Shown one piece after another: positions 19,287-32,643 of a stretch of 64,000 bases of DNA. Each line of letters starts with the position of its first letter. The stretch's first letter is position 1. The position numbers were made by a program, and so were the translations under genes. Origin of the DNA: an uncultured Acidobacteriota bacterium (lineage in GTDB: Bacteria > Acidobacteriota > Vicinamibacteria > Fen-336); NCBI GenBank assembly GCA_963720545.1, contig OY970399.1, positions 448,001 to 512,000 of the forward strand. Reading direction: 5' to 3'. The notes beneath the pieces are model-generated. The model did not search any database, had not been told where the DNA came from, and was given only the letters and a program-made list of their open reading frames with translations.

Positions 19287-21361
19287 TGCGCTGCTCCTGC
19301 GCCCACGGCCGTCAGCGTCAGCGAGCGGGCGGCGAACTTCGGCGCGTTGGCGCCGCCCTCACGAAGCTCACGCGGGTAGGACAGCTCGAACGTGTTGAAT
19401 CCGGGCCGCAGCGACTCAGCCGGAACCGTGAACCGCAGGCTGCCGGCCGTATCCTGGAGAGGTGCCGTTCCTGTGCGCGTCCCATTCACGCTCAGGGTCA
19501 GCGACGGCAGCTCGTGGCTGCCGAGGCGCCAGGCAACGAGCGTCGCGAAGAAAGGCTGCGGCGTGCGCACCGGCACGATCAGAGTCGGTCGGCGCGAAAC
19601 GTTCTGCCGATACGAAGGCTCGGCGCCCGCCTGCACCACGTCGCTCCAACCCGGCCCGATGACGATGCGGGGCGCGGCAATGGCCGGGCCGTCGGTCGCG
19701 TCAGCCTCATCCAGGGTGCGCTCGGCTTCGTCGTTCCAGCCCGCGCCGCTGTCGGGGAGGCGCACGCGAATAGGGTCGAGATCGGTAGCCACCGCGGCAT
19801 AGTGCTCGTCCAGATAGGCAGAGATCTCGGGCGACACCGTTCGCAGGTAGACGTCGGAAAAAATCAACCGCGGCGTGGCGGCGCCGCTGCGCAGGGCTTC
19901 GAGCAAGCGGTCGCGCTCCCCTTCGGGCCAGGTCTGGCGCAGGTGGCCGAGGAAGATCCAGTAGTAGTAAGCGTGGCGCCGGAAGGCACCGAGACCCGTG
20001 TAGCCGTCCATCACCGTATCTGCAGCGCGCGTGTTCTGCTGGACGAAGCGCAGCTTCGCGAGCGTCTGGTCGTTGCGCCACTCGAAGACACGCCGCTGCA
20101 GCGCCAGCGGGTGGATGCAGATCCCCAGCGCGACGACGGCGAGCGCCGGGTGCTGGAGGCCGCGCACCGCAAGAGTTCCAGCCAGGAGCGCGGTGCCCAC
20201 GGCGAGCGTCGCGACCGAGCCGGGATGAGCGAACCCCGGATGGCCGAGGCGCCAGACGAGCGCCAGCGCTCCGGCGCCGAGCAGGAGGAAGCCGATGTCT
20301 TCGTGGTACCCGCGACCGTCCCGGGCGAGCGCAGCCACCGCGGCGACGAGCCCCTCTGCTGCGAAGAGGGCGACGAGCGGGAAGAACAAGACGAAGTAGT
20401 GGCGCGTCGGCTCGGGCAGCAGGAACAGGCCGATGGCCATCGCGATGGCCGTGGCCGACAGCAACAGGTCACCGCTGCGCCCCGAGTCGCCCGTGAAACC
20501 GCGGACGAACACGCGCAGGCACCAGACCATCCCGAGCGCCGAGATCACCGGGTTGTCGCGAAACACCTCGAGCACGAAGCCGCCTGGCCCGCTGCCGGGC
20601 ACCCAGCCGGCAACTACGTCGAAGTTGCCCCGCCAGAATGCGCCGAGCGCGCCCTTCCACCAGAAGTACACGAGCGTGACGATTGTCGGCAGGAAGCCCG
20701 CGAACGAGAACGCCGCAATGTGGCGGATCCGGGCGCCAACCGGTTGGACGCTCGCGCTCGCAGGCGATGCCAGGTACGCGATCACGAACACGCCGACGCC
20801 GAGGATGCCGAACACGGTCTTCTGGGTCAGCATCACGCTCGCGCCGAGCAGGAAGCCGCTCCAGCCGAAGAGCGAAGTCTCGCCGCGCGCGGCGCGCACC
20901 AGCAGCAGCAGGCCGCTCAGCAGGCACGCGGCGGCGGGGCCGTCGGGGCGGATCTCCAGGCTCTTCTGCAGGAACATGACAATGAGGCCGAGGAGCGCCG
21001 TGCCGAGCCACGCGACCTCGCTGCCGCGCCACAGGCGGCCGAGGCGGAACGTCAGCCACAGTATGGTGCCGGTGAACACCCACATCCACAGGCGGGCGAA
21101 CGTCAGGAAAGCGGCGGCCGCGGCCGCATTGCGCTCGGTGTCGAAGAACGGCAGGTACGCCGACAGGAAGAAGTGCAGCCAGGGCGTGTGATGCTCGAAG
21201 AAGTCCCGGTACATGACGAGGCCCTGCGAGATGTTCCAGGCGTTGTGGACGTGTTCGAGTTCGTCAGGGTCGAATTCTCGCACCCGCAGTAGCAGCAGTC
21301 GCGCCGCAAATGGCAAGGCGGCGAGCGGTGCCGCGACGAAGGGCAGGATGCGCGCGCGCAT
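19283..21361 (-). CDS. GT-C-fold membrane glycosyltransferase (PMT/ArnT-like)
   Basis: DPDELEH..YRDFFEHHTP loop after TM1, EIRPD, many TMs, soluble C-terminal domain. Confidence 0.75.
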   Translation of the reverse strand: MRARILPFVAAPLAALPFAARLLLLRVREFDPDELEHVHNAWNISQGLVMYRDFFEHHTPWLHFFLSAYLPFFDTERNAAAAAAFLTFARLWMWVFTGTILWLTFRLGRLWRGSEVAWLGTALLGLIVMFLQKSLEIRPDGPAAACLLSGLLLLVRAARGETSLFGWSGFLLGASVMLTQKTVFGILGVGVFVIAYLASPASASVQPVGARIRHIAAFSFAGFLPTIVTLVYFWWKGALGAFWRGNFDVVAGWVPGSGPGGFVLEVFRDNPVISALGMVWCLRVFVRGFTGDSGRSGDLLLSATAIAMAIGLFLLPEPTRHYFVLFFPLVALFAAEGLVAAVAALARDGRGYHEDIGFLLLGAGALALVWRLGHPGFAHPGSVATLAVGTALLAGTLAVRGLQHPALAVVALGICIHPLALQRRVFEWRNDQTLAKLRFVQQNTRAADTVMDGYTGLGAFRRHAYYYWIFLGHLRQTWPEGERDRLLEALRSGAATPRLIFSDVYLRTVSPEISAYLDEHYAAVATDLDPIRVRLPDSGAGWNDEAERTLDEADATDGPAIAAPRIVIGPGWSDVVQAGAEPSYRQNVSRRPTLIVPVRTPQPFFATLVAWRLGSHELPSLTLSVNGTRTGTAPLQDTAGSLRFTVPAESLRPGFNTFELSYPRELREGGANAPKFAARSLTLTAVGAGAAQ

Positions 21362-21428
21362 TTGGTCAGGACGCAGGTTAGCGACGCGCCCTCTTTAGTC
21401 CAAACAGGCGCTTAGAATCGCCTCCTCC

Positions 21429-23645
21429 TTGCGCCACGTCACGCGAACCGCCCTCGCCTTCGCAGCCTTCCTCGCCCTGGCCGCGGCCACGACCTGGCCG
21501 CTCGCACTGGCACCGCGCGAGCGCCTTCCGGACAACGCCGACGCCCTGCACTTCGCCTGGTCCACCGCGTGGGTTTCGCACCAGATCGTGCGCAACCCGC
21601 TCGCCGCCTTCCACGCGAACATCTTCTTCCCCGATCCTGCGGCGCTGGCCTACGGCGAGCCGGTTATTGGCGAGGCGCTCCTCGCCTGGCCCATCCTTGC
21701 CGCAACCAAAGACGCCGCCCTCACATACAACTTGCTGTTGATCTTGACCATCGGCCTCGGCGGGTTCTTCACGTTCCTGATGGTTCGCGAGATCTCGGCT
21801 AACGCCGGTGCCGCGTTTCTGGCCGGCGAGATCTTCGCGCTCACCAGCGCCAACTACGACTCGGCAGCCCGCATTCAGATCGTCTCGAGCCAGTGGACGC
21901 CGCTCGTCTTCTATTTCCTGGTCCGTCTCCTGCGCGGCCGCCGCGTGCGCGACGGGATCTTCTGCGGCGCCGCGTTTGCACTGCAGTGCTTGAGCTGCAG
22001 CTACTACGGCCTCTTCGTCGCGACGCTCCTGGTGTTGAGCGTGCCGCTCCTCGTCGCCATGCTGCCGCGGCCGCGGCTTCGGAATGTTCCATGGCGGGGG
22101 CTCGCCGCCGGCATCGCTGTCGCCACCGTGGCGGTCGCGCCGGCGGCGCTCGTCCAGTTCCGGCAGCTGCACTCGGTCGGCGCGGAGCGCACCTTGCGGC
22201 CCGGTGCACTCGTCGGCTCGAGCTACCAGCAGACGCTGCCGACAAACTGGGTTTATGGCGCGCGCTTCGGGGGCGCTGCCGCTTACGACGACCGGCACTT
22301 CCAGGGTTTCATCCCGCCGGCTCTCGCCGCCGCCGGCTTGCTCTGCCTGCGACGCCGGCAGTCCGTGGACTCGGCCATGGGCAGCGACGCCAACCGCTGG
22401 TTCGTTTTCTTCGCGGCGCTTGGCGTCCTCGCTTACCTTTTTGCCTGCGGCCGCGACGTGCCCCTGCCCGGCGGCTCGCTGCCCGGCCCGTACCGCCTGC
22501 TGCACGAATTCGTCCCCGGGTACGCACAGACGCGCGTGCCGTCGCGCTTTGTCATGGTGGTGCGCCTCGCTCTCGCGGTGCTCGCGGCCTCGGGCGCGGC
22601 GTGGCTCATCGCGGTGCTGACGCGCCACCGCAGTGCCTTTGGCGCCGTCGCCTTCGCCTGCCTGGCACTGGCCTTGCCTTTCGAACACCTCGCGACACCG
22701 CTGCCGACGTGGACCGTCCCGAGCGGCGCCACGGTTCCGGACGCCTACCGCTTCCTTCCCACGCTGCCGCCGGGGTCGGCGATCCTCGAATTCCCGCCGA
22801 ACCCGATCCGCGGCCGGCGGCAGGAGTCGCTCTGGATGCTGCTCGCCACCCGCCACTGGCGCCCCATCGTCAACGGCTTCAGCAGCTACTACCCCCTGCA
22901 GCACGAGTTTGTCATCGACTCGTTGCTCGAGGAGTTTCCGAGCGTACGCACGTTGCGCATGCTGCGCACCCTGGGGGTCACGCACGTCGTTTTCCATCCT
23001 GACATGGAGCGCTACTCGGAGTCGGCCGACGCGGCGCAACGCTTTGCCCGCAAGGCGCCACGCTTCGGCAACGACCTGACGCTGGTGCGCTCCTTCGACG
23101 ACCGCCGCCGTTTCAGCACCGAACTCGGCGTGATCGGCGGCGAGCAGGTCTATGCCTTGACGCCGCTCTTGCCGCGCCGCAAAGAGGCGATCGACTCGTG
23201 GCCGCGCGTTCGCCCGCGCACCTGGCAGTGCGAGAGCTCGCCTGCAACCGCCGCTTGCGCGGAGGCATTCGACGGCGACCTCGCGACCGAGTTCGGGACC
23301 GGCCGCACGCAGGTGCCGCAGGACCGCTGGCGGATCACGTTCGCGGCTCCGCTGCGCCTCTCGGCCGTGTCGCTCGTCTGCGGACGCCGCGCGGCGGCCT
23401 ATCCCCGCAACGCCCGCATCTTCGGCCGCGTCGGCTCCGATTGGCTGCCGCTCGCATCCTGGTCCGACTTCGACGAGACCCGATTCCTCGAAGCTCTCCT
23501 CGCGCGTTCGCCGCGCGCCAGCATCGACATGGCCTTCGCGGCAACCGAGGTGACCGGCATCGAGGTGCGCATCGACCCGCCCGACTGGATCATCAGCCCG
23601 TGGTCGCAGCCCGAGGTGGAGCTGGTCGCGGCCCCCGGGCGCTAG
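21429..23645 (+). CDS. Polytopic membrane protein, YfhO/GT-C-like, with C-terminal discoidin-like domain
   Basis: FHANIFFP..LAYGE, RVPSRF, HWRPIVNGFSSYYP; AFDGDLATEF. Confidence 0.7.
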   Translation: MRHVTRTALAFAAFLALAAATTWPLALAPRERLPDNADALHFAWSTAWVSHQIVRNPLAAFHANIFFPDPAALAYGEPVIGEALLAWPILAATKDAALTYNLLLILTIGLGGFFTFLMVREISANAGAAFLAGEIFALTSANYDSAARIQIVSSQWTPLVFYFLVRLLRGRRVRDGIFCGAAFALQCLSCSYYGLFVATLLVLSVPLLVAMLPRPRLRNVPWRGLAAGIAVATVAVAPAALVQFRQLHSVGAERTLRPGALVGSSYQQTLPTNWVYGARFGGAAAYDDRHFQGFIPPALAAAGLLCLRRRQSVDSAMGSDANRWFVFFAALGVLAYLFACGRDVPLPGGSLPGPYRLLHEFVPGYAQTRVPSRFVMVVRLALAVLAASGAAWLIAVLTRHRSAFGAVAFACLALALPFEHLATPLPTWTVPSGATVPDAYRFLPTLPPGSAILEFPPNPIRGRRQESLWMLLATRHWRPIVNGFSSYYPLQHEFVIDSLLEEFPSVRTLRMLRTLGVTHVVFHPDMERYSESADAAQRFARKAPRFGNDLTLVRSFDDRRRFSTELGVIGGEQVYALTPLLPRRKEAIDSWPRVRPRTWQCESSPATAACAEAFDGDLATEFGTGRTQVPQDRWRITFAAPLRLSAVSLVCGRRAAAYPRNARIFGRVGSDWLPLASWSDFDETRFLEALLARSPRASIDMAFAATEVTGIEVRIDPPDWIISPWSQPEVELVAAPGR

Positions 23646-24556
23646 AGGATCTTCTTCCCCAGCAGCGAGCAGATGAGGCCGATGCCGAAGCGGGCGGTGC
23701 CGTTGCGCTCGTCGAGGATCGGGTTCACTTCGACGAATTCGGCGGAGATTACCTTGCCACTGTCGGCCAGCATCTCCATCGCGAGGTGCGCCTCGCGATA
23801 GGAGAGGCCGCCGGGCGACGGCGTGCCGACCCCCGGTGCGAAGTCGGGATCGATCGCGTCGAGGTCGAAGCTCACGTGGATGCCGGCGGTGCCGTTGCCC
23901 GCGAGCTTGATCGCCTCTTCCATCACCGAGCGCATGCCGTGCTCGTCGATGTCACGCATGGTGAAGCCGCGGACGCCTGTCGCGGCGATGTTCTTGCGCT
24001 CCGGCACGTCCACGTCCCGCAGCCCGACGATGGCGGCGCGCGAGCCCTCGACCATCGGCACCGCGCCGGCGAGCTTCGTCAGCGCATCCGGCCCAAGACC
24101 GAGGGCGGTGGCGCAGGGCATGCCGTGAATGTTGCCCGACGGGCTCGTCTCGGGGGTGTTGTGGTCGCCGTGGGCGTCGAACCAGATGAGGCCGACCTTC
24201 TGCTTCTTGCGGCGATGGTAGCGCGACACGCCGGCGATCGTCCCCATCGCAATGGAGTGGTCGCCGCCGAGCACCAGCGGCAGGCTGCCCGCGGCGAGGG
24301 TCTTCTCCACCTGGTCGCGCAGGCGTTCGCAGGTCGCCTTGATCTCCTTCAGGTACTTGAGCTTCGGATCGCCGACCGACTGCGTCTCCTGGATCGGCAC
24401 GTCGATGTCGCCGGCGTCGTCCACGTCAAAGCCCAGCTCGGAAATGCGCTCATGAAGCTCGGCGACGCGGAAGGCCGAAGGCCCCATGTCCACACCGCGG
24501 CGGCCGGCGCCGAGGTCGAGGGGCACGCCGATGACGGTAACTCTCTTGCGGGCCAT
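23642..24556 (-). CDS. rocF: Arginase
   Basis: GVDMGP, GGDHSIA, WFDAHGD, SPSGNIHGMP, SFDLDAIDP..PGVGTP..GG, VEVNP. Confidence 0.95.
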   Translation of the reverse strand: MARKRVTVIGVPLDLGAGRRGVDMGPSAFRVAELHERISELGFDVDDAGDIDVPIQETQSVGDPKLKYLKEIKATCERLRDQVEKTLAAGSLPLVLGGDHSIAMGTIAGVSRYHRRKKQKVGLIWFDAHGDHNTPETSPSGNIHGMPCATALGLGPDALTKLAGAVPMVEGSRAAIVGLRDVDVPERKNIAATGVRGFTMRDIDEHGMRSVMEEAIKLAGNGTAGIHVSFDLDAIDPDFAPGVGTPSPGGLSYREAHLAMEMLADSGKVISAEFVEVNPILDERNGTARFGIGLICSLLGKKIL

Positions 24557-24640
24557 ATCTGCCGGGCAAGCTACCACGCGCCTCAAAAGCCGGTCAACGC
24601 GGCCGGCGGCGCCGCGCCGATGTAACCTTGACGTAAACGT

Positions 24641-26020
<1,380 letters not shown>

Positions 26021-26024
26021 GGCG

Positions 26025-27731
26025 ATGAGCACGGCGCTGGACGTGGTCGCGATCCTGGTGAAGCAGGGCGTGCTGAGCGAGGAGCAGGCCGAGAAGGTGC
26101 GGCGCGCTTCGCGCCTCGGCACCGTGAGCGCCGAGCAGACGGCCCTGCAGCTGGGCCTCGCGAACGAGGCGCAGGTGGCGCAGGCATTCGCGCGCGAGGC
26201 CTCGCTCCCCTACGTCAAGATCAACCCGCTCGACCTCGACCTCGACGTCGTCACCAAGGGCGTCTCCGGGCCGTTCGCGCGCAAGCACGGCATCGTCGCC
26301 ATCGCCAAGAGCGAAACCAGCATCACCATCGCGCTGCACGATCCGTTCGCGCCGTTCCCGACCGCCGACATCCGCCAGGCCACCGGGCTCGAGGTCACGC
26401 GCGTGGTGGCGAGCCGCAGCGACGTCGAGCGCGTCAACCGCGGCTTCTACGACCTGCACACGAGCCTCAAGAATGCGGAGCGGCAGCTGACCGCGAGCCG
26501 CCTCGGTTCGATCGACATCTCGAACACCGAGTACCTGTCGTCGGAGTCGAAGGAACTGGACCCGGCAGCGGCGCCGGTGGTGAAGGCGCTCGACCACATC
26601 ATGGGCTACGCGTTCGAACAGCGCGCCTCCGACATCCACTTCGAGCCGAAGCGCGAGTTCACGCTGGTCCGCTTGCGCATCGACGGGCTGCTGCACGACG
26701 TGCACCTGATCCCGAAGATCGTCTACCAGGCGGTGGTCTCGCGGGTGAAGCTGCTCTCGGGCTGCAACATCGCCGAGAAGCGCCGGCCGCAGGACGGCCG
26801 CATCAAGCGCGACCACAACGGCCGCGAGGTCGAGCTGCGCGTTTCGGTGATGCCGACGGTGTTCGGCGAGAAGGCCGTGCTGCGCATCTTCGACCCCGAC
26901 ATCCTGCTGCAGGGTGTCGACCAGCTGGGCTTTGCGGCCGCCGACCTGCCGAAATTCCACGATTTCATCGCGCGCCCCACCGGCATCATCCTGGTCACCG
27001 GACCGACCGGCAGCGGCAAGACGACGACGCTCTACTCGGTGCTCAAGCACCTGAGCGGCCCGGAGGTGAACATCGTCACCATCGAGGACCCGATCGAGAT
27101 GGTGCACGAGGACTTCAACCAGGTGGCGGTGCGCCCGCAGCTCGACGTCACCTTCGCGAGCGCGCTGCGCACCATGCTGCGCCAGGACCCGGACATCATC
27201 ATGGTCGGCGAGATTCGCGACTCGGAGACCGCCGACAACGCGGTGCAGGCGGCGCTCACCGGCCACCTGGTGCTCTCGACCCTGCACACCAACGACGCGC
27301 CGTCGGCGATCACCCGGCTCCTCGACCTGGGCGTGCCGCACTTCCTGCTCACCTCGACGATCATCGGCGTCCTCGCGCAGCGGCTGGTGCGCGAGAACTG
27401 CACCAAGTGCGTCGAGGATTACGCACCCACCGCCGAGGAAGCAGCGGCGCTGCGCATGGATTTCGCCAAGCTGCAGGCCTACCGCTTCAAGAAGGGCCGC
27501 GGCTGCATCCACTGCCGCGAGACCGGCTACCACGGCCGCACCGGCATCTTCGAGGTGATGCCGCTGTCGGAGAAGATCCGGCGGCTGGTGTCGACGCAGT
27601 CGAGCTCGCGCGACATCTGGGCTGCGGCGCGCGAGGAGGGTATGCGCACGCTGCGCGAGGCCGGCGTCGAGAAGATCTTCCGCGGCACGACGACCGTGTC
27701 GGAAGTCGTGAGGGTCACCGGCCGCACCTGA
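26025..27731 (+). CDS. GspE/PilB-family secretion ATPase
   Basis: RASDIHFEP, RRPQDGR, GPTGSGKTT, EDPIE, LRQDPDIIMVGEIRD, STLHTN, tetra-Cys motif. Confidence 0.92.
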   Translation: MSTALDVVAILVKQGVLSEEQAEKVRRASRLGTVSAEQTALQLGLANEAQVAQAFAREASLPYVKINPLDLDLDVVTKGVSGPFARKHGIVAIAKSETSITIALHDPFAPFPTADIRQATGLEVTRVVASRSDVERVNRGFYDLHTSLKNAERQLTASRLGSIDISNTEYLSSESKELDPAAAPVVKALDHIMGYAFEQRASDIHFEPKREFTLVRLRIDGLLHDVHLIPKIVYQAVVSRVKLLSGCNIAEKRRPQDGRIKRDHNGREVELRVSVMPTVFGEKAVLRIFDPDILLQGVDQLGFAAADLPKFHDFIARPTGIILVTGPTGSGKTTTLYSVLKHLSGPEVNIVTIEDPIEMVHEDFNQVAVRPQLDVTFASALRTMLRQDPDIIMVGEIRDSETADNAVQAALTGHLVLSTLHTNDAPSAITRLLDLGVPHFLLTSTIIGVLAQRLVRENCTKCVEDYAPTAEEAAALRMDFAKLQAYRFKKGRGCIHCRETGYHGRTGIFEVMPLSEKIRRLVSTQSSSRDIWAAAREEGMRTLREAGVEKIFRGTTTVSEVVRVTGRT

Positions 27732-28651
27732 TGGACAACGTCACCCATACGCTCTGCTCGCTGGCGGTGGCGCGCGCCGGCGCCGCCGCGCGCCTCGGGC
27801 CCGGTAGCACTGCGTGCCTGCTGATCGCCGGGAACGCGCCCGACCTCGACATCGTGACCGCCGCGCAGGGCAGCCTCGCCTACCTCGCCCATCACCGTGG
27901 CTTCACCCACGGCCTCGCCGGCGCGGTGGTGGTCGCGATGCTGGCGGGGCTGCTGGTGCGCCTGTGCGTGCGTGGCTCACGCCTGCGCCCGCTGTTCGTT
28001 GCCGGGCTCGCCGGCACGTCGCTCCACATCTTCATGGACCTGTGGACGAGCTACGGCACGCGCGCACTGCTCCCGTTCGACAAGACCTGGTACGCGTGGG
28101 ATCTCGTCTCGATCATCGACCCGTGGATCCTCGCGACGCTCGCCCTCTGCCTGTTCGTCGTGGGCCGCGGCGGCCGCCGGCGCGCGGGTGCCGTTGCCGC
28201 GCTGGCGCTCGTCGCGGGTTACGTCGGCGTGCGCGCAGGGCTGCACCAGCGCGCGCTGGGCGTCGTCCGCACGCAGCTCGGTGGCCAGCCGGTGCGCCGC
28301 GTGTCGGCGTTGCCGAGCTCACGCAACCCCATGCGGTGGCGGATCGTCGCCGACACGGGAAGCGCGTGGCAGACCGGCACTCTCGACCTGCGCACCGGCA
28401 CCGCGGCGCTTCTGGTGCGGCCCAAGGCGCAGTCGCCGGCGGTCGCCGCGGCCTGGGCGAAGAGCGCGGTCGCCGGCACCTTCCTCGACTTCTCTCCCTA
28501 TCCCCTGCTGAGCGTCAGCGAGCAGGAGGACGGCACCCAGCTCGTCTGGAGGGACCTGCGCTTCGAGGGCAGCGCGCGGCGCAACTCGTTCGTCGCCACG
28601 GTGGTGGTTGCGCCCGACGGCACCATCGTGCGCGAGCGCTTTTCGTTCTAG
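27731..28651 (+). CDS. Membrane-bound metal-dependent hydrolase (YdjM-like)
   Basis: MDNVTH, PDLD, HHRGFTH, HIFMDLWTSYGT..PF; start overlaps upstream stop. Confidence 0.85.
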   Translation: MDNVTHTLCSLAVARAGAAARLGPGSTACLLIAGNAPDLDIVTAAQGSLAYLAHHRGFTHGLAGAVVVAMLAGLLVRLCVRGSRLRPLFVAGLAGTSLHIFMDLWTSYGTRALLPFDKTWYAWDLVSIIDPWILATLALCLFVVGRGGRRRAGAVAALALVAGYVGVRAGLHQRALGVVRTQLGGQPVRRVSALPSSRNPMRWRIVADTGSAWQTGTLDLRTGTAALLVRPKAQSPAVAAAWAKSAVAGTFLDFSPYPLLSVSEQEDGTQLVWRDLRFEGSARRNSFVATVVVAPDGTIVRERFSF

Positions 28652-29235
28652 CTGAACGGCCGCGAGAAGTGCGTCGCCTCGAACCCGAGCAGCTTCGCGC
28701 CCGCATGCTTCCAGGCGCCGGGCGGCAGGCCCGCCTTGCGCGCTGTTTGTTCGAGAAACGCCGCTCGGTCCCAGCCCCACGTCACCGGCACCTGCGGCAG
28801 CAGCAGGCCGTGCGCACGGCCTGTTTCGAGGATCAGGCCATGGCGTCCCACGACCACGTCCTCGGGGGCTATCGGAAACGGCTTGCCGAGGAGCGAGACC
28901 TCGATCACGAGCTCGGCGAGTTCCGCGGGCCGCACCGGCTCGAAGCGCGGATCGCGGATCGTGGCGCCTTCCGCGGCGCGTGCCACGCTTTCCACGATGC
29001 CCCAGGGCGACGGAATGTAGCCGACGCAGCCGCGCAGGCCGCCGCCGTCCTTCTCGTGCAGCGAAACGAACGCACCGGTCCACATCGCCTCGTCTACGGC
29101 GACGTGCGGCGGCTGGTTGCCGCGCACCGGCGTGGCGGCTGCGCCGCGCGCCGCGCGTTCGCAGGCGGTGCGCGCCACCGCCAGCAGCCACTGTTGCTCC
29201 TGGGGCGAGATCGCCGGCGCCACGGCGACGCTCAC
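28648..29235 (-). CDS. amrA: AmmeMemoRadiSam system protein A (AMMECR1 family)
   Basis: GAFVSL..LRGCVG, DPRF, GRHGL, GLLLPQV, KAGL. Confidence 0.9.
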   Translation of the reverse strand: MSVAVAPAISPQEQQWLLAVARTACERAARGAAATPVRGNQPPHVAVDEAMWTGAFVSLHEKDGGGLRGCVGYIPSPWGIVESVARAAEGATIRDPRFEPVRPAELAELVIEVSLLGKPFPIAPEDVVVGRHGLILETGRAHGLLLPQVPVTWGWDRAAFLEQTARKAGLPPGAWKHAGAKLLGFEATHFSRPFS

Positions 29236-30068
29236 GCCGCCCGCCAGAACGCGGCGGCGAGGTAGCCCACCACCCGCGAGGCGTCGCGCCCGCCGGCCTC
29301 GCCGCTGTGGCCGTAGCGCAGCGCCGTCGACTGGTTGGCGCCGAGCGCCCCTGCGGCCTTCATCACGCTCACCAGCGGTCCGCCCCCGCACGCATGCTCG
29401 GGGGTATTGCTGAGGCGCGACTGCAGCCGGCCGGCGTCGAAGCGGTTGACGTCGTCCACCACCAGCGAGTCGAGCGCCTGCGCAGTGCGCGCGTCGTGAT
29501 AGTGGCTGAGGTCGCTCGAAGCCAGCAGCACGATGTCCCCGGCTGGCCGCAGTGCGCCGAGTGCCGCCGCGGCGGCGTCGATCGTCTCCTGCGACTGCCA
29601 GCCCATCAGCAGCGGCACGATGCGCGCGTGCGGCGCGACGTACTGCAGGAACGGCAGCTGCATCTCGAGCGCATGCTCGTAGCGGTGCTTGTCGGCGCCG
29701 CTGAAGAACGGTGCGCGCGCCTGCAGCAGCGCCGACGCCACCTCCTCGTTCACGAGCGTGCGGCCCAGCGGCGTGTCCCAGGCGCCGCGCTCATAGACCG
29801 CGATACCGTCGAAGCCGAGGTGGTGGGACGGCCCCAGCAGCACCACCGTCGGATTGGCGCTTTCCCGCAGCAGCGCAAAGCAGTGCGCGGCAACCCGGCC
29901 CGAGTACATCAAACCCGCGTGCGGGGCGACGAGGCCGATGAGCAGGCCGGGGACGGCGGTTCTTGGAACCGCCGCGAGATGAAGGTTCAGCTCGCTGCGC
30001 AACGCTACCGGTTCGCCGGAATACCAGGTTCCTGCAAGGGCTGGCTGGCGGATCATCAGCTCCACCAT
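29232..30068 (-). CDS. amrB: AmmeMemoRadiSam system protein B (MEMO1 family)
   Basis: RQPALAGTWY, PHAGLMYSG, GPSH, EHALEMQLPFLQ, ASSDLSHY, ACG, VVGY. Confidence 0.92.
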   Translation of the reverse strand: MVELMIRQPALAGTWYSGEPVALRSELNLHLAAVPRTAVPGLLIGLVAPHAGLMYSGRVAAHCFALLRESANPTVVLLGPSHHLGFDGIAVYERGAWDTPLGRTLVNEEVASALLQARAPFFSGADKHRYEHALEMQLPFLQYVAPHARIVPLLMGWQSQETIDAAAAALGALRPAGDIVLLASSDLSHYHDARTAQALDSLVVDDVNRFDAGRLQSRLSNTPEHACGGGPLVSVMKAAGALGANQSTALRYGHSGEAGGRDASRVVGYLAAAFWRAA

Positions 30069-30090
30069 CGCATACCTCCCTGCAAAACGA

Positions 30091-31699
<1,609 letters not shown>

Positions 31700-31708
31700 C
31701 GCCGTGCC

Positions 31709-32575
31709 CTAGCGGTGGAGGTCGCTGGCCCCGCCGCGCGTCGTCATCGCAGCTTCGCTCGAGCCGCCCGCTGCCGCCGGGCGCCGATCGAGGACCGCCA
31801 CCACTTCGACACCCGCGTCCGCGGCGAGCGAATGAGCACGCGCCCAGTCTCCGGCGCGGATCGCCTGTTCGATGCGGCGCCGCGATTCGGCGACGCTGAG
31901 CGGTGCGCGCGTCGTCGACACACGCGCCGTGGCGCTTGCGATGCGCTCGCGAGGCGGCGCCGACGGCGGACGCTGGACAGCGCTCTCGGCGAGACGCCGG
32001 AATTCGCCCGACGGCAGCGTGAAGCCATACTCGACGCGGTAGGCCGCACGTCGCGGGTCGACGCGCAGCGAGCACGAGCGCGCCTCGGCGGGCAACAGCA
32101 CGAACTCGGGGTGCAGGCCGCGCTCGTCGGTGACGCGCAGGGTTGGCCGCGCCAGCGCGACCGTGCGCTCCCCCATCTCGCCCAGCAGCGTCGCGACCGC
32201 CTGCGCGCTGGCCTGCCAGAAGACGAGCAGTGAGTCGGGATCGCGGGTGAAGAGCTGCACGAACGTGGACGTGGCGCCAGCGCCCTCCGCGCTGCGCTGC
32301 GGAAGGGGGCGGCGGGCCCTGGACGCGGGCACGGCAGACGGCGCGATGGGCGCCGCTTCGCGGTTTTTCTCGACCACGTCGACGCGCAGCAGCCTGGGCT
32401 TGGCCGACGGCGTTCCCGCCTTGGCCTTCGGACGACGAGCGCGAGCCGCAGGCGCCTGCGTGCGTGGTGCGCGGCGCGGTGCCGCGGTCTTCGCCAGCCG
32501 CCGGGTCCGGCCGCGTGCAGGCGGCTTCGGCTTGGCCGCTGCCGTGCGCTTCGCGGGAGCCTTTCTCGGAGCCAT
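31709..32575 (-). CDS. DUF4912-domain protein with basic histone-like N-terminus
   Basis: LFTRDPDSLLVFW..LRV..YRVEYG..SGEFRRLAES; typical neighbour of GH57 genes. Confidence 0.7.
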   Translation of the reverse strand: MAPRKAPAKRTAAAKPKPPARGRTRRLAKTAAPRRAPRTQAPAARARRPKAKAGTPSAKPRLLRVDVVEKNREAAPIAPSAVPASRARRPLPQRSAEGAGATSTFVQLFTRDPDSLLVFWQASAQAVATLLGEMGERTVALARPTLRVTDERGLHPEFVLLPAEARSCSLRVDPRRAAYRVEYGFTLPSGEFRRLAESAVQRPPSAPPRERIASATARVSTTRAPLSVAESRRRIEQAIRAGDWARAHSLAADAGVEVVAVLDRRPAAAGGSSEAAMTTRGGASDLHR

Positions 32576-32643
32576 CGCGCTGCAGTATAGCCCCTAGCAA
32601 AGGGTTCGCGCGGGGCTTTTCGCTGCGGTTGTCGCTCGCGTCG

